A DNA stretch of 64,000 nucleotides from Bryobacterales bacterium (lineage in GTDB: Bacteria; Acidobacteriota; Terriglobia; Bryobacterales; UBA6623). The translations under genes and the position numbers were made by a program. The DNA lies in the NCBI GenBank assembly GCA_965248235.1, contig CBDFIU010000001.1, forward strand, positions 151,313 through 215,312. Reading direction: 5' to 3'. Under the pieces are notes generated by a model that saw only the letters and a list, made by a program, of their open reading frames with translations, did no database searches and had not been told where the DNA came from. Of this stretch, positions 60,847-64,000 are shown in pieces (position 1 is the stretch's first letter; every line of letters begins with the position of its first letter).

Positions 60847-61428
60847 ATGTGGGGTAAGAAGGACGAAATGCCGCCGTCCCCCGGTTTCGCGCCCGGTGGC
60901 TCTCCCGACTCGGCTCTACCCGCGCCCGCGCGCTCGCTGAGCGCCGCGCCGCCCGCTTCCTCGGGCGGGGCGACGTTGGAGCGGGGCCGCAACACGGCTC
61001 AAATCGGCAAGTCGCTCAAAGTGAAGGGTGAGATCAGCGGCAACGAGGATCTCTATATCGACGGCGAGATCGAAGGCACCGTCGAGCTGGAACAGAACAG
61101 CCTCACCGTCGGCCCCAACGGCAAGGTCCAAGCCGACGTGACGGCGCGTTCCATCACGATCCTAGGCTGCGTGCAAGGCAACGTGCGTGCCGGCGAACGC
61201 ATCGAAATTCGCAAGACCGGGTCGCTCGAAGGCGACTTGGTCACCGCCCGGATCGTGATCGAGGACGGTGCCGTGTTCCGCGGCAGCATTGACATTATCA
61301 AAGCGGGCGGCGCGAAGCCCGCGTCGCGGACAGCCGCCGCGCCCGCGCCGCCGCCGCAAGCCCCCGCGGCCGCCAAGCCGGCGCCCCGCATCACCACGGC
61401 CGGGGCCGCGCCGGGCGGCGGCACGTAG
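60847..61428 (+). CDS. Bactofilin (DUF583) cytoskeletal protein
   Basis: Beta-helical core 'IGKSLKVKGEISGNEDLYIDGEIEGTVELEQNSLTVGPNGKVQADVTARSITILGCVQGNVRAGERIEIRKTGSLEGDLVTARIVIEDGAVFRGSIDI' flanked by Pro/Ala-rich tails. Confidence 0.85.
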   Translation: MWGKKDEMPPSPGFAPGGSPDSALPAPARSLSAAPPASSGGATLERGRNTAQIGKSLKVKGEISGNEDLYIDGEIEGTVELEQNSLTVGPNGKVQADVTARSITILGCVQGNVRAGERIEIRKTGSLEGDLVTARIVIEDGAVFRGSIDIIKAGGAKPASRTAAAPAPPPQAPAAAKPAPRITTAGAAPGGGT

Positions 61429-61527
61429 TTCGATCGGCGTGGACACGGCGTCGGGTTCGAAACAGACGAGGCCCGCGCGGCCTCCCGAAGTCGATTCCTT
61501 CTCGCCAACAACCTCACGGAGTCGCGC

Positions 61528-62124
61528 TTGCAAAACGGGCAGCCCGAACTTTACCGGCGAAAGAGCAACGGACTAGGCCATTTCTTTGACGGCGCCGCGA
61601 GCCGCTCCTACGGCGCCATCCTCGACTTGGGCGGACTCAGCCAGGAAAACGTCAACTTCCTCGGTGAGTTGGGATGCAAGATCCATGCGCTCGACCTGCT
61701 CGCCGACTTCGATCAGTTCAAACAGCGTCTCCCCGGCGGCCAATTCGCCGCCGCCGCCGCGGAGCAGTTCGTCGATCGTCACCTGCGCTTCGACGCCGAA
61801 CAATTCGACGCCATCTTGGCCTGGGACACGCTCGAGTATTTCGATTCCGAACTCCTCGCGGTCGTCGTCGCGCGGCTGGGCGACATTTTGAACCCCGGCG
61901 GAGGCTTGCTGACCTTCTTCCACACGCAGAGCCGCGGCGAAGTCGTTCCTGTCTATCGTTACTTGATCGAGAACTCCCACGTTCTCAACCTGCGCATACG
62001 CCGCGAGCGTACTTTGCCGCGTACTTTCAGCAACCGCAACCTTGAGCGCTTGTTCAGCGATTTCCGTTCCGTCAAGTTCTTCCTCACTCGCGACAATCTG
62101 CGCGAGGTCATCGCGGTGCGCTAG
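61528..62124 (+). CDS. Class I SAM-dependent methyltransferase-like protein
   Basis: Motif I-like 'AILDLGGLSQENVNFLGELGCKIHALDL', 'FDAILAWDTLEYF' and 'LNPGGGLLTFFH'. TTG start is uncertain. Confidence 0.55.
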   Translation: MQNGQPELYRRKSNGLGHFFDGAASRSYGAILDLGGLSQENVNFLGELGCKIHALDLLADFDQFKQRLPGGQFAAAAAEQFVDRHLRFDAEQFDAILAWDTLEYFDSELLAVVVARLGDILNPGGGLLTFFHTQSRGEVVPVYRYLIENSHVLNLRIRRERTLPRTFSNRNLERLFSDFRSVKFFLTRDNLREVIAVR

Positions 62125-62136
62125 CGGTAGTCGATC

Positions 62137-63165
62137 GTGGGATTTCCCGTTTTCCATCGACCGCTTGCCGCTGTCGTGATGATCACGGCTGTGTGGGGGT
62201 CCGCCGGCCAAGCCCCTTGCCAACACAAACAGGCCGTCAACTCACCCCAGGTCGATTTCCGCGCCCGCGGCCACGACCACTACTTCAATCTCGAATACGA
62301 CGCCGCGATCGAAGACTACCGCCGTCTGCTTGCCGCCGAGCCGAGCGACCTCGGTGCCCGCAACCACATGGCCACCGCCCTGCTCTACAAGGAATTGCTG
62401 CGCCTCGGGATGCTTGAGACCAGCGCCTTCAAGGGCGACAACGATTTCTTGCAGCGCGACAAACCGCGGCCTGACCCCGCCGTTAGGGAATCTTTCGAAA
62501 GCCTACTGGCCCAGGGGAGGAAACACGCCCTCGCCGCTCTCTCCCGCGCCCCCGGCGACGCCGAAGCGCTCTACTCGCTATCCAACAGCCATGCCCTCGA
62601 GGCCAATTATCAATTCATGGTCGACAAGGCCTACTTCGCGGCCCTGCGCAACGGCCGCCGAGCTGAAAAATACAGCAAGAAACTCCGCAAGACCCACGCC
62701 GACTTCGTGGACGCCTACCTGATCGGCGGCGTTCAGCAATATGTGTTGGGCAGTTTGCCGTGGCCGATCAAGGTCCTCGCGGCCGTGGGCGGCATGCGAG
62801 GCGACAAAGCCAAGGGAGAAGCCTGGGTTCGCCGCGTCGCCGAACACGGCAACTACGCCCGCCACCACGCTCGCTCTCTACTGGCCATTCTGCTGCGGCG
62901 CGAAAGACGCCCCTTGGAAGCGGCCGCCATGCTGGAGGGTCTTCGCCGGGACTTTCCCCGCAACTATGTTCTCTCGCTGGAGTTGGGCTCGATGTATCTG
63001 GATGCCCGCGAAGATCAACTCGCGCTCGACGTCTTCCGTGAAGCCCGCGAAAAACAGCTCGCCCGAGCCCCCGGCTACGCCCGCATGCCCGCCCGAACCG
63101 TCCGAGCACTCGACCGCAGGATCACCCGCGTCGAGGAAACTCTCCATGCTGCCGGCGGCGAATGA
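62137..63165 (+). CDS. Secreted TPR-like repeat protein
   Basis: Signal-like 'LAAVVMITAVWGSAGQA'. TPR-like helices 'HYFNLEYDAAIEDYRRLLAAEPSDLGARNHMATALLY' and 'LELGSMYLDAREDQLALDVFREA'. Confidence 0.6.
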   Translation: MGFPVFHRPLAAVVMITAVWGSAGQAPCQHKQAVNSPQVDFRARGHDHYFNLEYDAAIEDYRRLLAAEPSDLGARNHMATALLYKELLRLGMLETSAFKGDNDFLQRDKPRPDPAVRESFESLLAQGRKHALAALSRAPGDAEALYSLSNSHALEANYQFMVDKAYFAALRNGRRAEKYSKKLRKTHADFVDAYLIGGVQQYVLGSLPWPIKVLAAVGGMRGDKAKGEAWVRRVAEHGNYARHHARSLLAILLRRERRPLEAAAMLEGLRRDFPRNYVLSLELGSMYLDAREDQLALDVFREAREKQLARAPGYARMPARTVRALDRRITRVEETLHAAGGE

Positions 63166-63211
63166 ATTTGGGTCGGACGCCCTCGGAAAAAAGCCGACGA
63201 CCGAAAATCAT

Positions 63212-64000
63212 TCACCCCAAAGTCACTCTCTTCCCCTCGCGCGCCGCTTCGTAAATAGCCAGCACCAACTCCAGCGCCGCGTAACCCTCCTCGCCCGCGC
63301 AATTCGGTTTGCGGCCCTCCTGAATCGCCTCCCCGAAATCCAGAAATTGTCGCTTGATCGGTTCGAGCGAAATCGCCGCCGGGTCCGAGGCCCCCGAGTC
63401 AAGATCGCGGGCAATCGGGGCGTCCGAGCCGTCGCCTTCGACAAGATCAAAAGCGACGAGTTGATCGCCCTCGATCACCGCCGACCCCTTCGTTCCGTGC
63501 ATCTCGATCCGTTCCGGGTAGCCCGGCCGGACCGCCGTCGACGCCTGAATCACGCCCGTCGCGCCGTCGCGGTACGTCAGCAGGGCGTTCACCATGTCCT
63601 CCGACTCCATCTCATGCGCCACCGCCAGTTGCCAATTCGCGCACACCTCCTCGACGGCCCCGGCAAAGTAGAGCAGCAAATCAACGGTGTGGATTCCCTG
63701 GTTAATCAGCGCCCCGCCTCCCTCAACCGCCCAAGTCCCCTTGCCCGGCCGGTCGTAGTAGGCCTGCGGACGATGCCACTTCACATACCCGTCGGCCTGA
63801 ATGATCTTTCCCAGCCGACCCTCGTCGAGAGCTTTCTTGAGAAAAAGACTCGCGTCGTCGAAGCGATGCTGGCTAACAACCCCGAGCGTGCGGTCCGCCT
63901 CGCGCGCCAACCGCATCATCTCCCTCGCGTCGTCGAGCGTCAGTGCGAGCGGCTTCTGCGCGAGAACGTGTTTGCCCGCCGCCGCGGCCTCGCGCGTAAT
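63212..64000 (-). CDS. Gfo/Idh/MocA-family oxidoreductase, C-terminal two-thirds (5' end outside window)
   Basis: The frame is open to nt 64000 ('ITREAAAAGKHVLAQKPLALTLDDAREMM...'), matching the family 'GKHVLxEKP' motif. The C-terminal alpha/beta dimerisation domain follows. Confidence 0.8.
   Translation of the reverse strand: MTREAAAAGKHVLAQKPLALTLDDAREMMRLAREADRTLGVVSQHRFDDASLFLKKALDEGRLGKIIQADGYVKWHRPQAYYDRPGKGTWAVEGGGALINQGIHTVDLLLYFAGAVEEVCANWQLAVAHEMESEDMVNALLTYRDGATGVIQASTAVRPGYPERIEMHGTKGSAVIEGDQLVAFDLVEGDGSDAPIARDLDSGASDPAAISLEPIKRQFLDFGEAIQEGRKPNCAGEEGYAALELVLAIYEAAREGKRVTLG

Overview
High-GC (about 60%) bacterial chromosomal segment. Gene content suggests Acidobacteriota (Solibacter/Bryobacter-like); Planctomycetota is less likely. 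This is inferred from three PSD-type DUF1549/DUF1553/DUF1592 cytochrome-c proteins, two of them followed by DUF1501 partners, and a CarboxypepD_reg TonB-dependent receptor. About 50 protein genes are supported. They include exbB-exbD-exbD, rel/spoT, araB, aroC, lpxD, yajQ, a long rpsA, bshA/ypdA (bacillithiol), an ECF sigma/anti-sigma/TonB-receptor module and several secreted metallopeptidases. There is also a type-IV-filament/T2SS-like operon (lolA-like, pilC, pilB, pilM, pilN, pilO, pilP-like, then an atypical GspG-like pseudopilin). I saw no rRNA, tRNA or CRISPR array. The unusual content is mostly non-coding or mobile:
- An IS1595-type insertion with perfect ends and an 8-bp target duplication splits an already decaying GAF/PAS sensor gene.
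- Three interspersed repeat families are present. One is a GNRA-capped hairpin element carrying a 10-bp VNTR, with one copy next to a solitary IS200-like Y1 (RAYT-like) transposase. One is a 107-bp MITE-like element. One is a roughly 140-bp composite repeat that supplies stop codons to upstream genes and hosts nested MITE copies.
- A 437-bp convergent spacer is packed with stem-loops.
- The filament operon is coupled to a LolA-like gene and has no secretin in this window. It ends in a pseudopilin-like protein with a roughly 440-aa Gly/Pro/Gln/Arg-rich tail.
Three apparent frameshifts, two of them at G-runs, mean assembly quality should be checked first. All functional calls come from reading motifs in the supplied translations; no database search was run.
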